Source of the DNA: a virus
Lineage: Duplodnaviria > Heunggongvirae > Uroviricota > Caudoviricetes
IMG/VR virus record: IMGVR_UViG_3300047554_000375
Length of the DNA stretch: 64,000 nt
Reading direction: 5' to 3' (one strand)
Shown here one piece after another: positions 40,502 to 49,389 of the stretch. The position numbers and the translations under genes were made by a program. The notes under the pieces were generated by a model. That model was not told the origin of the DNA and made no database searches. It saw nothing but the letters and a program-made list of their open reading frames with translations. Numbering within the stretch: position 1 is the stretch's first letter; each line of letters starts with the position of its first letter.

Positions 40502-41041
40502 ATGACCGCTACTGCACTATCAAACACACCATCGAATCAGAATTTTTTACACCCAAATAAGTTTCAACTAACTTTTTCTAGGGTGCCAAACATTCAGTAT
40601 TTTTGTCAAGCCGTATCTGTACCAGGTATCTCTTTGAGTGAGATTGCCGTACCGACTTCATTCGTTGAAAAATATTCTCCTGGTGAAAAAGCAATCTATG
40701 ATTCATTGAATGTGACATTTGCGATTGATGAAGAGATGCGTTCATGGATTGAAATACATGACTGGATTAAAGCGATGACTTTTCCAGAAAACTTTGAGCA
40801 GTATCAACAATTACCAAGACTAGCACGAAACACTGGTAATCCACAGCAACCACAATTCTCTGATGCGACATTGACTATATACTCATCAGCATATACTCCG
40901 TTGTATCGCATGAAGTTTGTGGATGTATTCCCAACATCACTAGCATCATTCATGCTGGCATCACAAGATACACCAGAGAATGTACTAACATCCGATGCAA
41001 CATTTAGGTTTACCTACTATACGATAGATAAACTTTTTTAA
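40502..41041 (+). CDS. gp3: Tail completion/tube terminator gp3
   Basis: NFLHPNKFQL, YFCQAVSVPGISL, F.IDEEM..W.EI.DW. Confidence 0.9.
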   Translation: MTATALSNTPSNQNFLHPNKFQLTFSRVPNIQYFCQAVSVPGISLSEIAVPTSFVEKYSPGEKAIYDSLNVTFAIDEEMRSWIEIHDWIKAMTFPENFEQYQQLPRLARNTGNPQQPQFSDATLTIYSSAYTPLYRMKFVDVFPTSLASFMLASQDTPENVLTSDATFRFTYYTIDKLF

Positions 41042-41057
41042 CTGAGGTAATTATATT

Positions 41058-41492
41058 ATGACAAAACTTGACGAATTAATGGCACAATGGGACAAAGACT
41101 CTCAGATTGACCGCACAGAACCTGGTAAGGCTATGATTGATATACCAAAACTTCATAGCAAATACCTACGAATACTATCACACCACAAACTATTAATTAA
41201 AGACGCAGAGTTCAAATATGCTCGTATGCGTAAAATTAAATGGGAATACTACACCGGTAAAATGGGTGATGATGACCTGAAGAAATATGGATGGGATCCA
41301 TTTCCATTCACCATCAAATCAGAATTGGCTACATATATGGAAGCAGACGAAGACTTGAACAAGTTTGTGGCTGCAAGAATGTTACACGAAGAAATTGTGA
41401 ATGCATGTGAGTTAATTATGAAAGAATTACATAGCAGAACCTTCCAATTGAAATCGTATATTGATTGGGAAAGATTCATCCAAGGTGTCTGA
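41058..41492 (+). CDS. uvsY: Recombination mediator UvsY
   Basis: W.KDSQID, IPKLHSKYL, KWEYYTGK, R.FQLKSYIDW.RF. Confidence 0.9.
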   Translation: MTKLDELMAQWDKDSQIDRTEPGKAMIDIPKLHSKYLRILSHHKLLIKDAEFKYARMRKIKWEYYTGKMGDDDLKKYGWDPFPFTIKSELATYMEADEDLNKFVAARMLHEEIVNACELIMKELHSRTFQLKSYIDWERFIQGV

Positions 41493-42948
41493 TTTAATAG
41501 TAAGTAAAGTAAACGAAGCGTATATAAAATTAGATTGTGAGCGTAGTACAGCGCAAGAGATATCTGACTACTTCACATTCCATGTACCAGGTTATCAATT
41601 CACACCAGCGTATCGCAATCGCTTGTGGGATGGCAAAATTCGTTTACTTGATTTACGAAACAATACGATGTACTATGGATTGATTCCATACTTACAATCG
41701 TTTTGTGATGGTCGTGGTTACACTATCGACTATGCACCTGATGTTCAACTGACTGAAGACTTTTCTGTTAAGGAAGCGGTAGACTTTATCAACACACTAG
41801 GTTTACCATTTAATCCAAGAAACTATCAAGTAGATTCATTTGTACATGCTATTCGTAACAGACGAACACTATTACTTTCACCAACTGCATCAGGTAAATC
41901 TTTAATACTCTACTTGGTTCTACGTTACATTCAAACACAATGTGATAAAGGTTTGTTGATTGTTCCTACAACATCTTTGGTGGAACAAATGTATTCTGAC
42001 TTCCAATCATACGGTTATGATTCGGAACAACATTGCCATAAACAGTATGCAGGTAAAGATAAAACAACAGACAAGTTTCTGACTATCACAACATGGCAGT
42101 CTATCTACAAAAATCCACCTGAGTATTTCGAACAGTATGACTTTGTTCTTGGTGATGAAGCGCACCAGTTCAAAGCAAAGTCTCTCGGTACAATTATGGG
42201 TAATCTAACAAACACCAAGTATAGGATTGGTTGTACTGGTACACTGGATGGAACACAGACACATAAACTCGTACTTGAAGGTTTGTTTGGTGCAGTATTG
42301 AAAGTTACTACCACTAAAGAGTTGATTGATGATAAGCAACTGGCAGAATTCAAAATCAAGTGTCTGATTCTAAAGTATCCTGAACCTATCTGTAAATTAA
42401 GTAGGTCTTGGGACTATCAGGCTGAGATGGACTATATAGTAAAGAACAACGCAAGAAATGCGTTTATTAAAAATTTGACATTATCATTAGAGGGCAACAC
42501 CCTAGTGCTATTCCAGTATGTTGAGAAACATGGTAAGGAACTAATGAGACTTATTGACGCAGAAAAGAAAAATAGAAAGGTATTTTTCGTATATGGTAAC
42601 ACTGATGTGGAAGTTCGTGAAGAGGTTCGTGCTATTACTGAGAAAGAATCTGATGCAATCATTATTGCTAGTTATGGTACTTTTTCAACTGGTATTAACA
42701 TTAGAAATTTACACAACGTTATCTTTGCTTCTCCGTCCAAGTCACGAGTTCGGAACCTCCAGTCAATCGGTCGTGTATTACGTAAAGGAGAAAATAAAGA
42801 ATCGGCAGTTCTTTTCGATATAGCAGATGACTTCAGAGTGGGTAAGCATGTCAACTTTACCTTGAAACATTTCATTGAACGTGTTAAAATCTACGAAGAG
42901 GAAAAGTTTAAGTATAAATTTTACAACATAGAGTTAAAAAATGCATAA
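41485..42948 (+). CDS. uvsW: SF2 DNA helicase UvsW (probable GTG start at 41485)
   Basis: WDGKIRL, SPTASGKS, GDEAH, GCTGT, LQSIGRVLR. Confidence 0.95.
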   Translation: MSDLIVSKVNEAYIKLDCERSTAQEISDYFTFHVPGYQFTPAYRNRLWDGKIRLLDLRNNTMYYGLIPYLQSFCDGRGYTIDYAPDVQLTEDFSVKEAVDFINTLGLPFNPRNYQVDSFVHAIRNRRTLLLSPTASGKSLILYLVLRYIQTQCDKGLLIVPTTSLVEQMYSDFQSYGYDSEQHCHKQYAGKDKTTDKFLTITTWQSIYKNPPEYFEQYDFVLGDEAHQFKAKSLGTIMGNLTNTKYRIGCTGTLDGTQTHKLVLEGLFGAVLKVTTTKELIDDKQLAEFKIKCLILKYPEPICKLSRSWDYQAEMDYIVKNNARNAFIKNLTLSLEGNTLVLFQYVEKHGKELMRLIDAEKKNRKVFFVYGNTDVEVREEVRAITEKESDAIIIASYGTFSTGINIRNLHNVIFASPSKSRVRNLQSIGRVLRKGENKESAVLFDIADDFRVGKHVNFTLKHFIERVKIYEEEKFKYKFYNIELKNA

Positions 42949-43381
42949 CCAAAATATCAAAATTCTAAGACTAAATGATGGTGAGGATATTATCACAGAT
43001 TATCATTTAGAAGAAGGTAATATTGTTGTAATGAATAATCCGATGACACTTTTCTTTAAACGATTGAGTGTCGGCAAATCAATGGTTCTCATGCAACCAT
43101 GGCTACCTATTGAACTTGTTGATGTTAATTGTGCTAAAATATTTGCGAATCAGATTCTTACTGTAATCGAACCTAAGCCCGCATTAGTTGAATACTATAA
43201 AAATTCAGTTGATGAATCTAATGAGATTGTTGCTGAGTATAGCAGTCAGATTGATGAATCACTATTGAACGATGCTGGCGCATCGTCACATGATTCTGAT
43301 GAAGAAGATTACACCGAAGACGATGCGTTCATTGACAAGATGCAAGAATCGTTTAATATAAAGAATAAAATAATACATTGA
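42941..43381 (+). CDS. Conserved hypothetical protein (Sm-like N-terminus, acidic tail)
   Basis: IKILRL.DGEDII pattern, usual position upstream of g55. Confidence 0.55.
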   Translation: MHNQNIKILRLNDGEDIITDYHLEEGNIVVMNNPMTLFFKRLSVGKSMVLMQPWLPIELVDVNCAKIFANQILTVIEPKPALVEYYKNSVDESNEIVAEYSSQIDESLLNDAGASSHDSDEEDYTEDDAFIDKMQESFNIKNKIIH

Positions 43382-43446
43382 ACAGCCCAACAGCCGAAGT
43401 ATACATCAGGCCAAAAAAACTGTCAAGCACTAAAATAGGTAATAAT

Positions 43447-44034
43447 ATGAGTAAAGTGAAACATTATGTGAACAACGCTGATTTTCTGCAAGCGTTGATA
43501 GACCACAGAGCCGCTTGCGAAGCGGCGAAAGCCGCTGGTAAAGAGGAACCAATCATTCCAAATTACATAGGCGAATGCTTTCTGAAGATTGCAAACCATC
43601 TAGCCAGAAAACCAAACTTCGGTTCATATTCATTCCGTGAAGAAATGATTTGTGATGGTATTGAAAACTGCATCATGTATTTCAGAAACTTTGATCCATC
43701 GAAGTCTACCAATCCATTCGCATACTTCACACAAATCATTTACTTTGCTTTCTTGCGTAGAATCCAAAAAGAAAAGAAACAACTATATGTAAAGTACAAA
43801 GCAACAGAGCAGTTTGGTATCCTTGATGAGGGTGAAATGTTTGAAGACGCTGATGGTAATATGAAACAGTTTGTCTTGTATGATAACATCTCGGAATTTA
43901 TCCAGACCTTTGAAGAGAAGCGGAAAGAAAAGAAAAAGTCTACCAAGAAAACTAAAGAAAAAGGTCTTGACAAGTTCATGGTGGATGATATAATTGAAGA
44001 CCCAATATTACCTGAAGATGGAGAACTAGAATGA
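43447..44034 (+). CDS. gp55: Late transcription sigma factor gp55
   Basis: HYVNN.DFL.AL, IGECFLKIA.HL, NFDP.KS.NPFAYFTQIIYFAFLRRI.KEKKQ. Confidence 0.96.
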   Translation: MSKVKHYVNNADFLQALIDHRAACEAAKAAGKEEPIIPNYIGECFLKIANHLARKPNFGSYSFREEMICDGIENCIMYFRNFDPSKSTNPFAYFTQIIYFAFLRRIQKEKKQLYVKYKATEQFGILDEGEMFEDADGNMKQFVLYDNISEFIQTFEEKRKEKKKSTKKTKEKGLDKFMVDDIIEDPILPEDGELE

Positions 44035-44459
44035 AAATTGGTTTTACATGTTCAACATTCGACCTGTTTCATGCAGGTCACATTATGATGTTGAAAGATG
44101 CCAAAGAGCAATGTGATTATTTGATTGTTGGATTACAAACTGATCCAACAATTGACCGTATGGAAAAGAACAAGCCAGTTCAATCTGTCTTTGAGCGTTT
44201 CGTTCAACTTGATGCATGTAAGTATGTGGATGAAGTTGTTGTGTATGCAACAGAGAAAGAGTTGTTGGACATTCTCCAGTCTTATGATATTAATGTTCGT
44301 ATCATCGGTGAAGAATATGAATCGAAACATTTCACCGGTAAAGAACTACCTATCGAAGTCTACTACAACAAACGCCGTCACAGTTTCTCTACAACAGAAT
44401 TGCGTAAGCGTGTGAAAGAAGCCGAAACAATTAAAGCGGCACAAACAGATAAGTGGTAA
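44031..44459 (+). CDS. Cytidylyltransferase (TagD/glycerol-3-phosphate cytidylyltransferase-like)
   Basis: TFDLFHAGH (HxGH) motif, YLIVGLQTDP, SFSTT C-terminal motif. Confidence 0.85.
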   Translation: MKIGFTCSTFDLFHAGHIMMLKDAKEQCDYLIVGLQTDPTIDRMEKNKPVQSVFERFVQLDACKYVDEVVVYATEKELLDILQSYDINVRIIGEEYESKHFTGKELPIEVYYNKRRHSFSTTELRKRVKEAETIKAAQTDKW

Positions 44460-44460
44460 T

Positions 44461-45531
44461 ATGAGGATTGCTTTGATTAACGACACCCATGCTGGTGCTC
44501 GTGGTGATAGTCTTTTGTTTAATGAATTCTTTTTCAAGTTCTGGGAAGGCACATTCTTTCCATACTTGAAAGAGAACAACATTAAACATATCGTTCACTT
44601 AGGTGATGTTGTTGACCGCCGTAAGTTTATCAACTATGTGATTCTCAATCAGTGGCGCAAACGATTCTTTGATGTGCTTGAAAAAGAAGGCATCACAATG
44701 GATGTTATCGTTGGTAACCATGATGTTACATTTAAGAACACCAACGAAATCAATGCCATGCATGAGTTGTTTGACCACTATAAAAACATCCAAGTATTGA
44801 CAGAGCCAGATTTACACAACTATGATGGTCTTGATGTGTTGATGGTGCCATGGATTAACTCCAGCAACTATGAACAATCATTAGAAGAAATGCGAAACAC
44901 AAAAGCACAAGTTGTGTTTGGTCACTTTGAGATTGCTGGCTTTGAAATGGACAGAGGTAATGTGTCACACTCTGGACTAGACAGAAAAGTGTTTGATAAG
45001 TTTGACATGGTATTGTCTGGTCACTTCCATCACAAGTCTACTGATGGTACAATCTACTATCTCGGTAATCAATATGAAATCACTTGGGCTGACCATGGTG
45101 ATGTTCGTGGCTTCCATGTGTTTGATACTTCCAATCGTGACTTGAAGTTTGTTGCGAATCCAAACAAAATCTTCCACAAGATTAACTATGATGATTCAGC
45201 ACAATCATTTGAAGAATGGAAGAAGTTTGACTTCACACAATACAAAGACACATATGTTAAAGTGGTAGTAGTGAACAAACAGAATGCATATCTGTTTGAC
45301 TATGTTGTTGATGCCCTATATAAAGCACAAGTAGCCGATGTTGCTATCGTTGAAGACTTCACCGACAACATGGTAGAAGATGATGAAGAGTTGGTAAATC
45401 AAGCCGAAGATACCATGACTATTCTATCAAAATACATTGATGGGTTGACAATCAATGTTGATTCTGCTAAACTAAAGAATCTCATGCGTGAATTATATGT
45501 TGAGTCCTTGAACACTGAAATTATTGAATGA
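44461..45531 (+). CDS. gp47: Recombination endonuclease subunit gp47 (Mre11/SbcD-like)
   Basis: DTH.G, HLGDVVDRRK, GNHD, GHFE, SGHFH. Confidence 0.95.
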   Translation: MRIALINDTHAGARGDSLLFNEFFFKFWEGTFFPYLKENNIKHIVHLGDVVDRRKFINYVILNQWRKRFFDVLEKEGITMDVIVGNHDVTFKNTNEINAMHELFDHYKNIQVLTEPDLHNYDGLDVLMVPWINSSNYEQSLEEMRNTKAQVVFGHFEIAGFEMDRGNVSHSGLDRKVFDKFDMVLSGHFHHKSTDGTIYYLGNQYEITWADHGDVRGFHVFDTSNRDLKFVANPNKIFHKINYDDSAQSFEEWKKFDFTQYKDTYVKVVVVNKQNAYLFDYVVDALYKAQVADVAIVEDFTDNMVEDDEELVNQAEDTMTILSKYIDGLTINVDSAKLKNLMRELYVESLNTEIIE

Positions 45532-47240
45532 TTTATTTTAAGACGATCCGTTACAAAAACTTTCTAAGCACAGGTAACTATTTTACAGAAATAAGACTGG
45601 ACCAAAGTTCCAACACATTGATTGTTGGTACGAACGGTGCGGGTAAGAGTACAATGCTTGATGCGTTGTGCTTTGGATTGTTTGGAAAACCATTCCGTAA
45701 TATCAATAAGCCACAACTTCTAAACAGTATCAATCAGAAAGATTGTGTTGTTGAGATTGAACTTTCTATTGGTTCAAAAGACTATAAGATTGTGCGTGGT
45801 ATCAAACCCAATATCTTTGAGATATATTTGAACGGCGATTTACTGAATCAATCAGCCGCAGTAAAAGACTACCAAGACCACTTAGAGAAATTTATTCTCA
45901 AATTAAATTATAAGTCATTCACTCAGATTGTGATTCTTGGTTCAGCATCGTTCGTTCCTTTTATGCAACTCTCTGCGGCGGACCGTAGAGCAATCATTGA
46001 AGACTTGTTGGATATTCAAATCTTCTCTACCATGAATACGGTACTAAAAGATAGGCTCACATTGAATAAAGATGCCATGCAAACAAACAAGCATGACTAC
46101 GATGTGAATACCACGAAGTATGACATGCAGAAGAAACACATTGAAGTTTTGAAACAAAACAACGATGAAATGATTGTCGCTAAGGAAGCAGAGATTGCTG
46201 CCGCCATGACACAGATTGAGGAAGTCAACGAAGTAATTGCCAAGTTGACACTTGATGTTAGCACACTCCAAGAATGTATTTTGGATAGAGAAACGGTTGC
46301 TGGTAAACTAAAGAAGATGAATCAGTTTGAAACACAGATTGAATCTAATGTTACCAAGTATAAGAAAGACATTAAGTTTTTCGAAAACAATGATGACTGT
46401 CCTACTTGCCGTCAAGCAATCAATGCAGAGTTTAAGACCGCACAGATTACCGAACTCGGTAACAAGGTGGAAAAATGCACACATGGTTTGACTAAACTGG
46501 AAACAGATATCCTTGAACAACAAAATCGTTTGAATGAGATTCAAAAAATCACAACAGACATTCAATGTAAACAAGTTGATATTGCTTCCAACAATATGAC
46601 AATCATCCAATCAAACAAGTATATTGGTAAGTTGCAAAAAGAAATTGTTGCACTCAGTGGAACAAAAGAAGACTTGAAGACTGAGACTGAGAAGTTGGAA
46701 GAGTTGAAGAATTCTTTGACCGCACTTGAGAACAAGAAAAAGGAATTGATGGATGAGAAATCATATCTTGATGCCGCATCCTTGTTGTTGAAAGATACTG
46801 GTATTAAAACCAAAATCATCAAACAATACTTGCCGGTGATTAACAAACTGGTGAACAAATACCTTGCGACACTAGACTTCTTTGTTAACTTTAACTTGGA
46901 TGAATCATTCAAAGAAACAATCAAGTCACGCCATCGTGATGAGTTTAGTTACGCATCGTTTAGTGAAGGCGAGAAACAGCGTATTGATATGGCATTGATG
47001 TTGACTTGGAGAGCAGTGGCTAAGTTGAAGAATTCTACCAATACCAACTTGTTGATTCTTGATGAGGTATTCGATTCTAGTCTTGATGCAAACGGCACAG
47101 AGTACCTAATGAACATCCTACATATGTTAGAAGATGTGAACTTGTTTGTTATCTCTCACAAGGGTGATATACTCCAAGACAAGTTTAGAAGTATGATTCG
47201 ATTTGAGAAAGTAAATAATTTTAGTAGAATAGTGAGGTGA
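45528..47240 (+). CDS. gp46: Recombination ATPase gp46 (Rad50/SbcC-like)
   Basis: GTNGAGKST, CPTC zinc hook, FSEGEKQR, LILDEVFD. Confidence 0.96.
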   Translation: MIYFKTIRYKNFLSTGNYFTEIRLDQSSNTLIVGTNGAGKSTMLDALCFGLFGKPFRNINKPQLLNSINQKDCVVEIELSIGSKDYKIVRGIKPNIFEIYLNGDLLNQSAAVKDYQDHLEKFILKLNYKSFTQIVILGSASFVPFMQLSAADRRAIIEDLLDIQIFSTMNTVLKDRLTLNKDAMQTNKHDYDVNTTKYDMQKKHIEVLKQNNDEMIVAKEAEIAAAMTQIEEVNEVIAKLTLDVSTLQECILDRETVAGKLKKMNQFETQIESNVTKYKKDIKFFENNDDCPTCRQAINAEFKTAQITELGNKVEKCTHGLTKLETDILEQQNRLNEIQKITTDIQCKQVDIASNNMTIIQSNKYIGKLQKEIVALSGTKEDLKTETEKLEELKNSLTALENKKKELMDEKSYLDAASLLLKDTGIKTKIIKQYLPVINKLVNKYLATLDFFVNFNLDESFKETIKSRHRDEFSYASFSEGEKQRIDMALMLTWRAVAKLKNSTNTNLLILDEVFDSSLDANGTEYLMNILHMLEDVNLFVISHKGDILQDKFRSMIRFEKVNNFSRIVR

Positions 47241-47443
47241 TTATGGATGGTGACTACCAAATATTGAAAGCACTCCATCAGTTCAGTGAAGGAACTAGAA
47301 CTGCGAGTGTATATCTTTTACAAGGTAAAGATAAATTTTTAGTATTGTATTATGATTCACAAGATGATTATAATGATGCAGGATATTTTGATTTTGAAGT
47401 TAAAGCCGAAGAAGCGGCAGAAGATTGGGTGATGAGAGCATGA
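47237..47443 (+). CDS. Hypothetical protein
   Basis: Overlapping start/stop with both neighbours. Confidence 0.55.
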   Translation: MIMDGDYQILKALHQFSEGTRTASVYLLQGKDKFLVLYYDSQDDYNDAGYFDFEVKAEEAAEDWVMRA

Positions 47444-48036
47444 ACGAAGCAACAATTAAAGATGATGACATTCTAGTTATCAATACACAAACAGACGCAA
47501 AACCTACACGGGTAACATATGATCCACTTCCTGTTTATACAGAGGGTCATCCATTTCTAAAGATGGAAACTAAAGAAGTTTCGCCTGAAGAAATTAAAAC
47601 ACCAGATTTTCAACAGGCAATTGGTCAGTTGAAGGCAACTATGCGTCAGTATGGCGCCGTTGGTATTTCAGCCAATCAATGTGGTTTGAATCTCAGATTG
47701 TTTGTTCTTGGTACAGATGTGTTCCAAATGGCATGTATCAATCCAAAAATTATTGCCACCGAAGGTGAGATGGTAAAAGTGCGTGAAGGTTGCGTATCGT
47801 TTCCAGCATTGTTTATTAATGTACCTAGATATCAGAGAATCCAAGTTGAGTATCTGAATGAGAATGGTGAAACAACTACCACTTGGATGGATGGTATCAC
47901 CGCACAATGTTTCCAGCATGAACTTGACCACATGAATGGAATATGTTATACTGACAAAGTTGGTCCGTTGACTGTGCAGATGGCTAAGAAACGCCAAGCA
48001 AAAATGATTAAGATGATTAAACGAAGCATGAGGTAA
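47440..48036 (+). CDS. def: Peptide deformylase
   Basis: GISANQCG, EGCVSFP and FQHELDHMNG, the three PDF motifs. Confidence 0.95.
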   Translation: MNEATIKDDDILVINTQTDAKPTRVTYDPLPVYTEGHPFLKMETKEVSPEEIKTPDFQQAIGQLKATMRQYGAVGISANQCGLNLRLFVLGTDVFQMACINPKIIATEGEMVKVREGCVSFPALFINVPRYQRIQVEYLNENGETTTTWMDGITAQCFQHELDHMNGICYTDKVGPLTVQMAKKRQAKMIKMIKRSMR

Positions 48037-48038
48037 GC

Positions 48039-48407
48039 ATGACTGAGAAAAAAGTAGAAGAAACAACCGAATACGAAAGTTGTTTGGAATTTGAGAGTGA
48101 TGAAATTAATGATGTGACAAAGTTCATGGAAGATGGTGCCATCGCTGATACTGGACTTGTTGCTGAGGTTGATGATTCACTTTTGACCCGTGAAGAATTC
48201 TTTAAGAAATACTGGAAAGGTATGCCTACCTTTGACCAGAACGATAACCCACCATGGAAACAAATTTATGTGAACTTCCGTAACAAAGAAGACTATGAAG
48301 AGTTTGCTAAGTTGGTTGACCAAGCATTGACAGATAAGAGTAAAAGTATCTGGTATCCTAAACTTGACATTGAAGAAAACTCTTTGCATCGTTGGATTGT
48401 AGAATGA
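48039..48407 (+). CDS. Small conserved protein coupled to the downstream TAGT-like glycosyltransferase
   Basis: WKGMPTF, IYVNFRNKEDYEEFAKLV.Q.LT.KSKSIWYP; stop overlaps the next start. Confidence 0.6.
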   Translation: MTEKKVEETTEYESCLEFESDEINDVTKFMEDGAIADTGLVAEVDDSLLTREEFFKKYWKGMPTFDQNDNPPWKQIYVNFRNKEDYEEFAKLVDQALTDKSKSIWYPKLDIEENSLHRWIVE

Positions 48408-49318
48408 TTATTAATCCCAAGTATCCAGTTTATATTATTTCGAAAGGTCGCCATGAATCCATGTTGACCTCTCGTTCACTTGCACGAATGAAGATTCCTC
48501 ATTACATTGCAATTGAACCACAAGATTTACAAAACTATGAAACGGCACTTGATAACTTCAAGATTCGCCCATATGTGACATTGCTAGTTGCACCATTCAG
48601 TAATCATGGTGATGGTCCTGGTCGTGCTCGTAATTGGTGTTGGGACCATGCGATTGAAATTGGTGCTGAGAAACATTGGGTGCTAGATGATAACATCACA
48701 GACTTCTATCGTTTGAACAACAACAAACGATACCGAGTTGAATCTGGTGCTATCTTCCGTGCCGCAGAAGATTTTATTGACCGCTTTGAGAATGTACCAA
48801 TCTCTGGCTTTCAATATCGTTTCTTCATTGCACCAAACTCAAAGTATCCACCATTTGTAACTAACACACGAATCTATTCTTGTTTGCTTATATCTAATGA
48901 TTGCAAGCATCGTTGGCGTGGTCGTTACAATGAAGATACTGATATCTGTCTCCGTGTTTTGAAAGATGGTGATTGTACAATTCAGTTCAATGCATTCTTG
49001 CAAGGTAAAGCCGCAACACAAACAGTTAAGGGTGGTAACACCGAAGAGTTCTATCATAAAGAGTTTGCCGACTCTGATGAAAACTTTAAGAAGACTGGTT
49101 ATAACAGTAGCGGTACTATTAACAAATCTCAAATGTTGGCTGAAATGCATCCTGATGTGGCAAGAGTTGTTTGGAGATATGGTCGTTGGCATCACTATGT
49201 TGACTACAATCCATTCAAAGTCAACAAACTCAAATTGAAACCAAATGTAGTAATTCCAGAAGGTAATAATGAATATGGAATGAAACTTATTCACAATTGG
49301 AAGCCAGAGGCTGAGTAA
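48404..49318 (+). CDS. TET-associated glycosyltransferase (TAGT)-like GT-A protein
   Basis: YPVYIISKGR, GPGRARNWCW, HWVLDDNI, NTRIYSC.LI, WRGRYNEDTD. Confidence 0.75.
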   Translation: MIINPKYPVYIISKGRHESMLTSRSLARMKIPHYIAIEPQDLQNYETALDNFKIRPYVTLLVAPFSNHGDGPGRARNWCWDHAIEIGAEKHWVLDDNITDFYRLNNNKRYRVESGAIFRAAEDFIDRFENVPISGFQYRFFIAPNSKYPPFVTNTRIYSCLLISNDCKHRWRGRYNEDTDICLRVLKDGDCTIQFNAFLQGKAATQTVKGGNTEEFYHKEFADSDENFKKTGYNSSGTINKSQMLAEMHPDVARVVWRYGRWHHYVDYNPFKVNKLKLKPNVVIPEGNNEYGMKLIHNWKPEAE

Positions 49319-49336
49319 TTAATACTTTTTAACTAC

Positions 49337-49364
49337 TTGACATTCCTCCTGCTCCTGATATACT
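49337..49364 (+). promoter_or_regulatory. Sigma70-type promoter
   Basis: TTGACA (49337-42), 16 nt, TATACT (49359-64). Confidence 0.75.
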
Positions 49365-49389
49365 TGTATCTGTTGTTAGAAGGAATGTT

